This document shows positions 1 through 13,194 of a stretch of 64,000 bases of DNA, piece after piece. A program made the translations under genes and the position numbers. The notes under the pieces are model-generated. The model was not told the DNA's origin. It ran no database searches and saw only the letters and a program-made list of their open reading frames with translations. Position 1 is the first letter of the stretch. The number at the start of each line of letters is the position of its first letter. The stretch is from Octopus vulgaris. Its lineage: Eukaryota. Where the stretch lies: NCBI GenBank assembly GCA_951406725.2, contig OX597817.1:148490001-148554000 (forward strand), read 5' to 3'.

Positions 1-180
1 ACTCTCTCCACATAAATAAGGTAGCCCCAACACTACTAAAATATATCAACCATATGATAGCAAACTGGAAAATCAGAATAATAATGAAAAATTAATCACA
101 GGCCATTAAAACCTGTCCTATAGTCATAAAAGGAGGGGATTTTCCAAGGAGACTCGCTGTCGCCCTGTCTTTCAGCCTTG
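1..180 (+). mobile_element. Decayed non-LTR RT fragment (R4/Dong-like), truncated by the window edge
   Basis: 136-165 translates GIFQGDSLSP, the same RT motif as in the LINE at 15.9 kb; frameshifted. Confidence 0.55.
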
Positions 181-1469
181 TAAAAGCCAAGAATGGATCA
201 AAACTCTGGACTAAAAGCTATAACATAATGACTGATTCTCGCTGCACAAGACCACTACCTGACCACAAACAACTATAAAAACAAAATAGAGTAACCTCCC
301 GGTGAAGTACACACCCGTTTTAGTACGCATTCCGGGTACGTACGCGCAATATGTTCAAGAATCCCAGATTCAAGTTTATCAACAATTTATTCAACGGCAA
401 CATTGAGAGACATCTAAATAGGCATGTGATATATTGTGAAGTTTATTGTTTAAACATGTCGTGCAAAGTCATCTGACTCAGATTTTGTGTTGTTTGTTTC
501 TTTTTGTTGTTGTTGTTTTTTTTGTAAAAATTTACATCCGCCCACCTTGAGATACAAATATTTGTACTTCTTTCTTAGTGCTGCAGTGATCCCCATATCA
601 TATGCCTATCTCCAGCTGGTGCAGTTAGGTGTTTGTTTATGTGTGAGGGGGAAATACAACATTGACGTTATCCCGTTCAAAATATTCAAATATGTATAAA
701 AGTGCACGTGTGTGTAACTGTGTGTGGGTTTTGCGCTCTCGCCTGTTTTGCTATATAATGATTCACTGTAGCTCCTATTCATCTCCATGTTCGTTTTCAA
801 TCAGTGAAATTAGAATGAGATTTGCAAATATCTTTACTTGAAAAAATTCTTAAGAGTGATGAAGGTTATTGTGAGACGGGTAAAGATTTACTAACTCAAG
901 ATGAATTTTGAACATATATCTGACTTGCTGTCAGATATATGAACTAAATTAAATTTTAATTTATCGTGTTGCAAATGGACTCTATACAGATGTAGCAAAA
1001 GAGAAATAAAGTCTATAAATACTGGCTAATATATTGTAGGTAAAGTGGCATTGCCAGTGTGCTTGGGTATATGAATTATATTCATGCATCAAACTTAAAG
1101 ATCAGTCAATTTAATTTGATCTTTATACTTTAAATAATACTGTATTTCCTTTATTCAGAATCATATAAATTTCTTGTTTCCGTACTATTTATATATAAGA
1201 GCTGCTATATATAGAATTTTTCTCAATCAATTTTATATAAAAGCTGTTTCAAGTCCATAAATTAAAATTTAATTTGCTTCGACCAACTGACAGCTAGAAA
1301 AATTTATTTAAGTTCGTCTGACATAAATAATTCTCGATTTGCATGCAACACTTTATTGAGCTATTCATGTATACATATCGAAAACTTTGTAACTTGCCCA
1401 TTATATATATAAACATATATATGTATATATGTATATATATATATAATTTTTATTTATATAATTCTTATT

Positions 1470-1830
1470 ATGATTATTATTAATGAGAAAGACAGAATAT
1501 AGAAGAAACGAGAACTATTATTAAATACTACATTTGTTTTTCTCAATCTCGCATCGATCCCTCGCGGGTGGGATGCTTAACTGATTTAGGAGTATTTATC
1601 GGTGTAGATGTGTCTCTTCATGTGATAATAAGATGTACCTCGTTAAAATAACGACTGTTCCGTAAGATATCTTTTTATCACCTTAAGAGATACATCTACA
1701 CCGACGATTACTCCTAAACCAGTTGTTAAATATCCCATCCGTGAGGGATTGTTGCTAGTTTGGTCGACATAATTGAGGTATTTAATAAACATTCTCGTAT
1801 CTTCCATCTTCTGTTTCTCTCAAATAATCA
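1470..1830. repeat. Long imperfect palindrome (foldback element) with decayed hammerhead-like arms
   Basis: tcggtgtagatgtgtctc pairs with gagatacatctacaccga, tttaggagta with tactcctaaa, atccctcgcgggtgggat with atcccatccgtgagggat; centre near 1650. Confidence 0.75.
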
Positions 1831-1952
1831 AATTCCAAGAAACCTTGTGACGGTGAACGTGCTTTACAGGTAAGTTACCAGGTATATAACATGCGATTTA
1901 TTATCTAATATATGTGTGTGTGCCTGCGTGTGTATGTATATAAATATATATA

Positions 1953-2137
1953 TAGGGAGAGTTTACGAAAAAAACAAAAGACAAAGACAGGTGGGGTACA
2001 AGACAAACAGATGTATTAGTATAACGCTCAGGAATGTCTTTTACGTTTCGAGCTTACGCACTTCTACAGAAAGGGACACAGAAAAAGCAAGGAGAGAAAG
2101 AAGGATAGAGAAAAATGTGTGTAGTGGCTAACGATCT

Positions 2138-2142
<5 letters not shown>
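1953..2142 (-). mobile_element. Short dispersed Penelope-pLTR-like repeat (family P2) with hammerhead-like core
   Basis: Homologous to 7690-7782 (+) and 55535-55795 (-); minus strand reads ctgtagaa-gtgc-gtaa-gctc-gaaa-cgta. Confidence 0.6.
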
Positions 2143-2187
<45 letters not shown>

Positions 2188-3667
2188 TATACATATATAT
2201 ATATATGCACACATATATAAGCACAATCATATGCACACACACATGACGGGCAAAACAAAATTGTGTCACTAGCGGAATTGTAAATTTTATATAGTAAATG
2301 ATGTGCGCCAAAACTGTCCCTCATTAATTCATGAAAGGAATGGAAAATCCTACTGGCATGTATCGGTGGTTTTCAAACACGGGGAGAAGAAGATATGAAT
2401 TAATTATTCTCTCAAGATTAATTTACTTCACAATGAAGGAATGTGTGATCTTTGTTTCCAGGCTATATAGACCCATGAATGTATTTCCGTTTAAAAGATC
2501 TGATCGGCAGGTCTATTACAACAAAAGATTTCACACGTTACAAAGCGGTATCAAAGATTATAGAGATTGTACACTTTTGGGTAACGGGTGTCACATAAAC
2601 TAGTCCCATTCTTGTCAGAGCGATCCAGGATAATTTCTGCCGCATGCGATATGTAATAGATTATTGTAAATATGGCGATAACATGTTATAATTAATTTTA
2701 GATGAGTCAAAAATTAATCGTTATAGTCAACCAAAATACGTGGTGGTTGTCGTATATATCCTTCTACTACGCAACAAATTGTTGAAATTTCTTGAAATTC
2801 ATTTCCGATTTTCATTGAGGGCAACTAACAATAGCTGCAAGGCTTTCAGTGTCTGTCTCCAACTGAGGAGAAAATTTTAATTAATTAAAAAGAATTATGC
2901 ATTCGAAACTCAGTCCAATACTCTTAATTATCCAAATTTATCCAAATTCATGCGGTCGGCTACTTTGTATTGTTTCAATTATTTCGTTTTGTCTTTAATT
3001 ATGCAAATTATACTGGCTAAAAGTTATTTCTATCTCAACAAATCTTACACAGTTGCTGGTTAGTCTTCATTGAATTAAATTATAGTTTTGAGATATAAAA
3101 GATCGACACACACATCGAAAGCTTTCCTTTTATATGTAATTAGAAATGAGTCCTTAATAAAAAAAAATAACTTTTTCTCCATCTTTCTTCGAATATCGCT
3201 AGCAATATGTATTAGAGTTTAGATTTCAATCTTAAGATCTGAAAGAAGCTGCAATGAATTGTGATGATATCTCTAACGTTCTACGGTTCATCACACCATT
3301 AGTTTCATACACTAAGCGCAGTCAGTTTTAAGAATTTTTTCCAATGGTTGTATTGCTATCTTTCACAGGGAACTCTAATCTGTTTTGAATATAATCTTCG
3401 ATTTCTCATGGATACATCTTTAAAACTTCATGCAATCTTCAATCCATAAACACTTGTATGTATGTATGTATGTATGTATGTATGTATGTATGTATGTATG
3501 TATGTATATATGTATGTGTGTATGTATGTATGTATGCATATATTTATATATATGGATATATATATAAATATAAATATATGTATATATAAATGTATATACA
3601 TGTATACTTATATATATATATATGTGTGTGTATATATATATGCATATATATATATATAAATATATAT

Positions 3668-6600
3668 TAAAACCATTAAAACCATCCACTCTCGCCTCAA
3701 CATTTCTGCTTAATGCCCAAGGCATCAGCCCTTCCACCAAAACACAAAAATGGAAGATAAGATTCCTGGAGGACTGGGTCGAGGCCCATCCAAACCACAT
3801 CCCTTTCTTCGTCCTCACTGAAACCCATCTTAGTGACCTCCACTTGGAAGCCGAGGTGAAAGTTAAAAATTTCAAAACCATTCGTGCTGATCGTGCTGGC
3901 AGAAGAAAGGGTGGGACTGCCATTTATGTCCATGATTCATTCTCAACAGAAGCCATGAACATATTTTCGAATGGATACTGCGAAGCAGTCGCTGTATTCA
4001 GTCAAACCAACAACTTAACAGTAGTTGGGCTCTACAGACCACCCCAAACGCCCCTACCATGCTTCAAGGAATGCCTCAACAGCATAAAGTGTTTCATTCA
4101 GCAGTGTCAACCTGACAACATTTGAATGATGGGAGACTTCAACCTTCCCGGGGTTGACTGGTCTACAAACAGTCTGCCGCCAGGTTCTTCTCTCTCAACC
4201 CCTGACAGGGAGGCAGTGGAATCGCTTCTTGACTTCATGGATGACTTCTTCTTGTCCCAACTGGTACTCGAACCAACGAGATGTCACAAAAACGTCTTAG
4301 ACTTAATTTTCAGCAATCACACTGATACTATCCACAATATTGCAGTGGAGAAAACCCTACTCTCCGACCATGACATGGTTCTCTGTGATCTGAGATTTCA
4401 CTGGCCAAAATGCAAAACAAATGTCATCCCTCCTGTTCATCCATTTGACACTATGGATTTCCACAATGCAAACTGGGAAGCGATCAATAATGATCTTGCA
4501 CAAGTCGATTGGTCCTTCACGCACACATACACACCCACTAACATTAAAAAGTCCTGGCAGTCACTTGTAGACACCATCACGAACATATGTGTAAGACACA
4601 CCCCATTAAGATCTGCAAACAAATCTAAGTGTCGAATCCCTAGAAATAGAAAATCTCTCATAAGGAAAATTAAAAGAATCAACAAAAAGATCAACATGTT
4701 GAAATACTGTCAACAGCAACACACCAACCTGACTGCCATCTCGTCGCTAGAGATTAAAAAACATAAACTCCAAAACAACATGATGTCTATCATCAATAGT
4801 CAGCGAAGAGCTGAAGAGGCCTGGGCCATTGAGAAGATCAAACTCAATCCCAAAGTGTTCTTTTCATTTGCAAAAAAACACAGAGTCACTGGTTCTACTG
4901 TTGGCCCTCTGATTGATGAAAATGGTACTCTTCAAGACAATGCCAAAACCATGGGAGAGATATTGCAGAAACAATATTGCTCTGTTTTCAGCAATCCTGT
5001 ATGACTGATCTGGGCTGTATCAGTTATGTTACTCCCCAATACACTTTATCGGACATAACATTTGGCGCTCCTGATGTCTTAGCAGCAATAAAGGAAATGA
5101 AGCATAATTCAGCAGTAGGTCCCGATAGGTTCCCTGCTTGTGTCTTGAAGATGTGTCAAAACCAACTTGCACCCCCTCTAGCCAATCTGTGGCGGAACTC
5201 ACTGGATGCTGGATATATACCAGAGGACCTTCTATCCCAGTCTGTTGTCCCAGTTTTCAAAAAAGGAAACAAATCGCTTGCCGTGAATTACCGTCCAATC
5301 TCACTCACCTCTCATATCATCAAGGTATTTGAGAGGGTGCTGAGATCGCGTATGACTCACTTCCTTGAGAGTCATAATATGCTGAACCCCAACCAGCATG
5401 GATTCCGTAATGGGAGAGATTGCCTGACGCAGCAACTGCATCATTTTGATGACATTTTGAGAGCCTTGGGAGAAGGTTCCAACACTGATGTCATCTACCT
5501 TGATTTCAGCAAGGCCTTTGACAGGGTTGATCATAAGATCCTTCTGAGAAAGCTGTCCAATATTGGTGTCACTGGAAAGTTGCTGCAGTGGATCAAGTGC
5601 TTCCTGTCTAACAGAACCCAACATGTTGTAGTCGAAGGAGTCAAATCCAGCCCAGCCAAAGTCAGCAGTGGTGTCCCACAAGGCACTGTGTTGGGCCCAC
5701 TTCTCTTCATCATCTACATAAATGATATTACTGATACCATCAAACACAGTAACATCAGAACCTTCGCTGATGACTCCAAGCTCCAGAAGGTCATCAATGG
5801 CGTGGATGACCGAATAAACCTTCAGTCAGACCTACTGGCTGTTGTCCAATGGGCGGAAAAGAATAACATGTTGCTAAATGAAGACAAATTTGAACTGATC
5901 CACTTTGGAAGGGAGGACGCTCTGAAACTCCCATACTCTCTTCCTTCTGGAGAAATTCTCATGGCATCCAACAACACCAGAGACCTGGGAGTAACAGTGG
6001 ACAACAACATAAGCTGGGCTACACATATAAGCAGCAAAGTTGACATGGCCCGCAGAATGTGTTCCTGGATTCTCAGAACCTTCCAGTCGAGAGATTCCCA
6101 CGCTATTATCCTTCTCTTCTCCACTTTTGCCCGACCCCACCTTGAATACTGCTGTCCACTGTGGTCTCCTTACACAAAACAAAATATTATGAGAATTGAA
6201 GCTCCCCAAAGGTCAATCACAAAAAAGATAGATGGCATGTCAGACCTTGACTACTGGGGTAGACTAGAGAAGCTGAAATTGTATTCACTCCAACGACGCC
6301 GTGAACGCTACATTATCTGTATGATGTGGAAAATATTCCACCAGCACTGTCCGAATGATGTTGGCATCACCTTCAAAATGCATCCAAGGTTTGGACCACG
6401 TACCATCCGTCCACAATAAAAATCTAAATCGCATCACATAACGACAATACGGCACAACTATTTCACCTCAATTGGACCTGCTCTCTTCAACATTACACCA
6501 GGGCACGTCAAAAAAGAAACTGACCACACAAAATTCAAGAAGTCTTTGGACAAATTCCTTCAAACAGTACCGGACAAACCACCCACACCCGGATATGTCT

Positions 6601-6738
6601 CCGCAAACAATAACTCTCTGCTCGAATGGGCCTTGGTGCCCAAATCCTGAACTGAAAGACTTCACCAGGTGGTGCTATTAAGTTAGACATGGCCTGGGCC
6701 AATACTGGCCAAAACCTTTCTAAGTTATTCTAAGTTAT
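3668..6738 (+). mobile_element. CR1/L2-group LINE, 5'-truncated (ORF2: APE endonuclease + RT), with three disabling lesions
   Basis: APE motifs LNAQG, LTETHL, GGTAIYV, YRPP, MGDFN, LDLIF, SDH. RT motifs NYRPISLTS, QHGFR, YLDFSKAFD, GVPQGTVLGP, FADD, LEYCCPLWSP. TGA at 4123, frameshift near 5000, TAA at 6417; read-through to ~6650 gives FKKSLDKFLQTVPDKP. 3'UTR ends in (CTAAGTTAT)x2; flanked by (TA)n. Confidence 0.95.
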
Positions 6739-6885
6739 GTATGCATATATGATATATATATATGTACATATATACATATATATATATATGTATATACATA
6801 TGTATACATATATATATACATATATATATGCATACAAATATATACATAAACATATATACACATATATATAGACATTTATATGTAC

Positions 6886-6917
<32 letters not shown>

Positions 6918-7019
6918 TTATACATGTATATTTATATGTATATATATATATTTATACAGGTATATGTATATACATATACATATATATATTTATATGTACA
7001 TATATATGTATTTGTACAT

Positions 7020-7437
7020 ACCTTACAAAAGAGAATTAAGGAAGAATTTAACGATCGTGAAGGTGAATGACAATGATCTTTATGTGTGCACTGTCTGTGA
7101 CAGTCCATGCCTGTCTTTGGGTGCCTCAAATCTCAACATCGAACACATAGAAAACGAACACCCACCAACTATTCTGGCTATATGTCTGTGCACCCCTTTG
7201 AAGGCAGTGTATGCCAGAGGGTTTGCAAATCCAACAGAGGTCTCAAAGGACATGTGAACATAAACAGTGACCAAAACTTATCTGCTCGTATCGGTGGTCA
7301 AAGTCGGAGGTGCACACTATGTGGGTGTCGTTTTGGAACATTGTCTGTTTAACAAAGCCACATTAGACACCATGATGGTGGCAAGCTGTAGGTACAAGAG
7401 GTGGTCAAACTCTGTATAAAGAGTAGATAAACACCAC
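7020..7437 (+). mobile_element. RTE-type LINE 3' fragment with three decayed C2H2 zinc fingers
   Basis: KRELRK...[20 protein letters not shown]; [16 protein letters not shown]; RCTLCGCRFGTL..QSHIRHH; short 3'UTR; frameshifts. Confidence 0.7.
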
Positions 7438-7443
7438 ATGTAC

Positions 7444-7534
<91 letters not shown>

Positions 7535-7589
7535 ATATATATATATATGTATGTATATATATGTATACATATATATTTATAAGTATATA

Positions 7590-7668
<79 letters not shown>

Positions 7669-7689
7669 AAATATATATAGATATATATA

Positions 7690-7782
7690 TATGCCTAGCC
7701 ACTACACATTCTATATTTTCTCTCCTTGTTTCTTTCTGTGTTCCTTTCTCTGGAAGAGCTTGAGTTCGAAACGATAAAGACT
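7690..7782 (+). mobile_element. Family P2 mini-element fragment with hammerhead-like core
   Basis: ctggaa-gagc-ttga-gttc-gaaa-cgata; homologous to the 55535-55795 and 1953-2142 copies. Confidence 0.55.
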
Positions 7783-7820
7783 ATAATATATATGTATATA
7801 TACATATATACTTTATATAT

Positions 7821-7877
<57 letters not shown>

Positions 7878-7909
7878 TATATATATATATACATTATATA
7901 TATATATAC

Positions 7910-7971
<62 letters not shown>

Positions 7972-7975
7972 TATA

Positions 7976-8430
7976 TCCGCCTTACGGTATTGTATCTATT
8001 CTCTCCTGCACCAACGCGAGCGATACGTCGTTTAAACGAATTGGAGAATATGTCGCTAGCATTGCCCAAAGGGCATTTAACATTATCTTCAAAATTCATC
8101 CAAGGCAAGGACCATGGCCCATATGTCCCCTACCCAATACAGGATCACAACGCATAATTACACGGCAACATATTTCCAAAACTGATCAAAGGGTAATATC
8201 ACCGCATCACCTTTCAACGGAATCTGGACAAATGTCTTCAAGGAATACCAGATAAGCCATCTATACTTGCATACAACTCACTTAACAAGAAGTCCCTACT
8301 CAAATGAACCACGATACCACCAAACTTGACTTAAAAAGGACTTATATAATCCTATCAGATAGTGGTATTAAGTTAGCCGTGGCCTGGACCAATCTTCGGT
8401 CGAAAGATATTTAATTCTTATATAAGTTTT
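7976..8430 (+). mobile_element. Decayed 3' fragment of the CR1/L2-group LINE (related subfamily)
   Basis: IIFKIHPRQGP matches ITFKMHPRFGP at 6.37 kb; 3'UTR tattaagttag..ggcctggaccaatcttcggtcgaaa; (TA)n flanks. Confidence 0.8.
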
Positions 8431-8485
8431 TATGTATATATGTATATATCTATACGTATATATAGATATGTATATGTACATATAC

Positions 8486-8517
<32 letters not shown>

Positions 8518-8519
8518 TA

Positions 8520-8902
8520 TGGAAGCACTCCGTCGGTTACGACGACGAGGGTTCCGGTTGATCCGAATCAACGGAACAGCTTGCTCGTGAAATTAACGTG
8601 TAAGTGGCTGAGCAATCCACAAACACGTGTACCCTTAACGTAGTTCTCGGGGATATTCAGCGTGACACAGAGAGTGACAAGGCCGGCCCTTTGAAATACA
8701 GGTACAACAGAAACAGGAAGTAAGAGTGAGAGAAAGTTGTGGTGAAAGAGTACAGCAGGGATCACCACCATCCCCTGCCGGAGCTGCGTGGAGCTTTAGG
8801 TGTTTTCGCTCAATAAACACTCACAACGCCCGGTCTGGGAATCGAAACCGCGATCCTATGACCGCGAGACCGCTGCCCTAACCACTGGGCCATTGCGCCT
8901 CC

Positions 8903-8905
<3 letters not shown>
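8520..8905 (-). mobile_element. tRNA-derived SINE (family S1), full length
   Basis: Head TGTGGAGGCGCAATGGCCCAGTGGTTAGGGC (A box) and GGTTTCGATTCCC (B box); second copy at 62744-63125. Confidence 0.9.
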
Positions 8906-8986
<81 letters not shown>

Positions 8987-8988
8987 AG

Positions 8989-9086
<98 letters not shown>

Positions 9087-9126
9087 ATACTTATATATAT
9101 GTACATTTGAAATTTTGTCTAGGTAT

Positions 9127-9197
9127 ATGCAGCTGATGAGGACAAATCTAATCTAGGTTGTCAAACGTATTTGAAGAGTCTGAAACCGGTCCTGCAT
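9127..9197 (+). ncRNA. Minimal type I hammerhead ribozyme
   Basis: Stem I ATGCAG/CTGCAT; CTGATGA (9133-9139); stem II GGAC/GTCT; GAAA (9182-9185); palindromic stem III ACCGGT; GUC cleavage triplet ending 9191. Confidence 0.8.
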
Positions 9198-9379
9198 TAT
9201 CCGTTTCTAGGTTTTTCACTTTTCAGATGTTCTTCCTAGAGGTAAGACTAATTTTTTTATGTTTGTTGCACACACACGTTTTTGCTAGTATATACGCAGT
9301 GAAGCTATACAATAGCGTCGTATTCATTACGATCGCTATTTTCCAGTAAATATCGGTACTTCGTTGTACCATTTATTTA

Positions 9380-9433
<54 letters not shown>

Positions 9434-9599
9434 TAGATATATATATATATAAATATATAAATATACATATATACATGCATATATATATACATATATATGC
9501 ATTTATATGTATGTGAGATAATAGTTTCATTTTAATAGGTTCAGTATTAATAGTTAAACTATTAAACAGATGGTATCTCACATTACGACAGAGATGTTT

Positions 9600-9780
9600 T
9601 AATTTTTCACATCTAATACTGAAATAGTGTAAGAGATAAGAGATTGCTCTGGGCTCGCATTAGTGAAAAAGTTCAAAAATGTTTTGGCATGTGTAAAATT
9701 TGAATGTAGTCGTTTGTGTAGTTCTCCAGTTGTAGGGCTTCACACAGACAGACGCACTTACCAGTTTTATATATTAAGAT
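9600..9780 (-). mobile_element. Possible non-autonomous Helitron 5' fragment
   Basis: Minus strand begins A|TCTTAATATATAAAACTG..GTCTGTCTGTGTG, like the 5' ends of the 41.8 kb and 28 kb Helitrons. Confidence 0.35.
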
Positions 9781-9938
9781 TGTAAATATGCATGTATACA
9801 CAGATACACGCACACACACACGTATGCACCGCATACACACATGTGTATGTGTGTATGCATGTGTGCATATATCTATCGTCCATCTATCTATATATCTAAT
9901 TATCTATCTCTCTACTTATCTATATATCTATAACTATC

Positions 9939-9972
<34 letters not shown>

Positions 9973-10039
9973 AGTGTGTGTGTGTGTGTGTGTGCCTTTG
10001 AGTATGTGTGAGCGAGAGTCTGTCTGTGTGTGTATGTAT

Positions 10040-12727
10040 AAACCAACCCCAGCACTTCAAATCTAATTAATAACCCTGATAGTTTATAAGAAGAAACTCA
10101 AACCACGTAATTCCAACCAATTTACCCAGACAGCGAAACCAACCTCCTAGCGATCTTAATATAATCAATAACACTGACAATTTGTACCAACCAAATTGCT
10201 GTAAACATTTTTTAGACCAAGTGGAGAGAAACAGGGACTGAAGTTGAAACAACACATACAGGAGAAGCCCAAGGTAATAACTTTATCACAGAATATTCTC
10301 TCTGCAACAAACATCTCTATACTAACTAAAGGAAAAAAATTACCCCGACCCCTCGAAGATCTAACCAGAAGGAAATTAATGACAATATTTTGGAATTCTG
10401 CAGAAAACTAAGACTCACAGAAGCACAAACTGACTATAACAACGCAGATGAATCCCTGCTTTAAATCAAAAGCAATTATCTTCTACCTAAGTGTTGGAAT
10501 AAAATTCTAGATGACATCTGCGACCATATCCAAAATTTCCCAAATACTTTCCATAAGCGAAAAATTAGTTCAACCCTCAAAAATCTAGAATGGAAAAATC
10601 TAATTGCGCTGCAAAACGATCAAGAACTGACACTCAAAGAAGCAGACAAAGGAAGTGCTGAAGTCCTGATGGACGCAGAATACTGCAAAAATCTGCATCC
10701 TTAATTCATGTACATGGAAAAGGCCTGACAGAAAGATAAATAGATTATATCACGAAATTTAAATGTAAAGTTTGTCATTTTTACGACCTCCCTAAAATAC
10801 AGAAGAGTAAGATAATTAATGAGGCCTGCAAATAATCACAAGGCAAATACAGGAATTTCCTAGCGCCAGAAAATTTAAAGACCTATTATAGCTGGCCTAG
10901 CCTGTGAAACCTACTGCCTAAGCAACTTTCTAGACATCCTACTGAAAACTTTGCTGAAATACATCAAGCATTTCATTACATACGGTCTAGATATGCTTAA
11001 CCACCTACGAAAAGCAACTAATGAAGACACGTTGTTTGATTCCTTCGATGATAGTAATATTTACACGAATATCTCACATGAATATTGAATACAAACCATA
11101 ACATTCTGACTGGAAAAGTATCCCGAAGAATTTACGGGATCCATATACTAGGAATTTATTATCGAAACTTTAAAATCTATACTTCAGAATAATTATTCCC
11201 TAATTGATGACACCTACGATCGTTAAAAATACGGAATTGTGAAAATGGGAAACTAATAATTGGATATTTTGAATTCGCCATATATGAAGTGTCACTGCAA
11301 AAATATGGATAGTCATTTCACCATGATATCAGAGAGAACAGGAAAAGATATCTGGATGACTGTTTTATCATTTGGGATGAGGCCATTGATAAAGTTTTGG
11401 AATTTAAGTCAATACTAAATAGTATGAACCCTAATATTTAGTTTATAATGAAATATAGCAAAGAACAGCTCCCTTTCTTAGATATTCTGATTAAAAAAAC
11501 AAACGTCAACAGCCAAATTGTAACTGACATTTATAATAAATCAACGGACTCGAAGCAATCTTCTGCTTAGCTCATGTCACCCGAACACATAAAAAGAAAT
11601 ATTCCCTTTAATTTATCGAAAATGATTTGCACAATAGTGTCTAATGGGAATACTCAGGACCTCCGTCTTGAACACCCCAGGAAAACACTGAGAGACACTA
11701 TCCATCATCACTTATAGATGATGGGATTAAACGTGCCAAGAAAATATGCATTAAAACACTAAGGGAAACGAAACGAAACACCACATCTCATCTCAAAATA
11801 TTACTGTCTATATCAATTCACAACCCTAAAACAATGAGGCATACAGCACCATTGTACAAAATCTACAAATTTTCTCAAGGTATCCATTTTGAAAACACGT
11901 AAAGTCATCAAATGTAAAAGCAGAACAAATCGCTGAACAAACTCCGACAAATGCGAAAATTTACACAGCAACCACGAAACCAATGGTTACAAAATGTGGG
12001 TGCTCAACCTGTGGAACATGCCCCAACCTATTGGAAGGTTCGCAATTCCAATTCAAACAGGAAGAGTGGTTCACAATTAAGACCAACTTGACTTCTCCAT
12101 CCGAGAATTTAATTTATATTATAACTTGTTCAGGTTGTAGACAAAACTATATAGGATTCTATATAGGACAGACAAGTATGTCACTTAGATAGAGAATCAC
12201 ACTGCATATGAAACTGTAGTGGTTCCCAAGGTAAAAAGAGATACATTCGAATGGACACATAGAGAGATGTGCAGGGAATCTCCAACCAAATTTCACAGTT
12301 TTCCCCATCTACCAGTGCTAAGAAGCAATTTCTGTACAAGAACGTTAAAATAAAGAATACTTATTTACGTAAAATACAAAACACGCCTAAATATGAACGT
12401 ATAACCAACTTTGGTCTCAGTATATATTTTATTTCCTGACCACATATCCATCTCACTATTTTAACTTATGAGTTTTGTATGTTTATATATCCCAAACAAA
12501 AATTGATGCCGAATGATAACTATCACCAGTTACCTCTCCTTACATTTTCTACTTGTTGATTCATTCAGAAACTCTCATACAGGAACTTGGACTAAAATTT
12601 TAAGAAAAGGCAAAATTACAATATTTTCAATGTCATCTTTAGCGAAAACGAAACCGGTCAGCAACCACAATCTTCTTTCATTCAAGATATATCAAAACTA
12701 TGTAAACTGTACATGTTTCTTCTTTTA
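10040..12727 (+). mobile_element. Penelope-like element (RT + GIY-YIG endonuclease), heavily decayed
   Basis: Frameshifted motifs KEADKGS, FYDLPKIQKS, RPIIAG, SFD..NIYTNI, RYLDDCFIIW, LPFLDILI, YNKSTDSKQ, SCHP; CGTCP and NLIYIITCSGCRQNYIG..IGQT (ORF 11983-12192); 3' region carries a GAAACCGGTC hammerhead remnant near 12650. Confidence 0.88.
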
Positions 12728-12776
12728 ACATACATATACACACATACATACATATATCCATATACATATATTATTA

Positions 12777-12860
12777 TGGCTGCCTCCTCGTTATCGAGTA
12801 TGGCCATTGCACGAAGCTTAACTGTTACTGGTGCTGTGATCGAATGTGACTTTTTAGCCC
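12777..12860 (-). mobile_element. RTE-like LINE extreme 3' tip
   Basis: Minus strand GLKSHIRSQHQ* (zinc-finger end) followed by a short UTR ccatactcgataacgaggaggcagcc. Confidence 0.5.
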
Positions 12861-12883
12861 CATACATATAAATATACATATAA

Positions 12884-12945
<62 letters not shown>

Positions 12946-12954
12946 GTGTGTGAC

Positions 12955-13150
12955 CTCTTGTGTACCGTTGGCGATTTTTTTTCCTCTGCCTTCCCTTCTC
13001 TGGATCTTTCCTTCTCCTATGTTTCCACCGAAGAGCTCCGCTCGAAACGTTAAACCCTCCTTCTTTCCTTCTTTCCTGAGCGTCCAATAATACTATATTT
13101 GTTCCACGACCTCGCGTTGTTGTGTTTTTTGTGCTTTCTTGTTTGGATTA

Positions 13151-13155
<5 letters not shown>
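12955..13155 (+). mobile_element. Short dispersed pLTR-like repeat (family P1) with hammerhead-like core
   Basis: gttt-ccaccga-a-gagc-tcc-gctc-gaaa-cgtt-aaac at 13021-13055; homologous to 27355-27580 and 48865-49075. Confidence 0.65.

Positions 13156-13194
<39 letters not shown>

Noticed and set aside
8825-8905. tRNA gene (also 63045-63125 and 39300-39371)
   Set aside because: tRNA-like SINE heads continuous with multicopy SINE bodies
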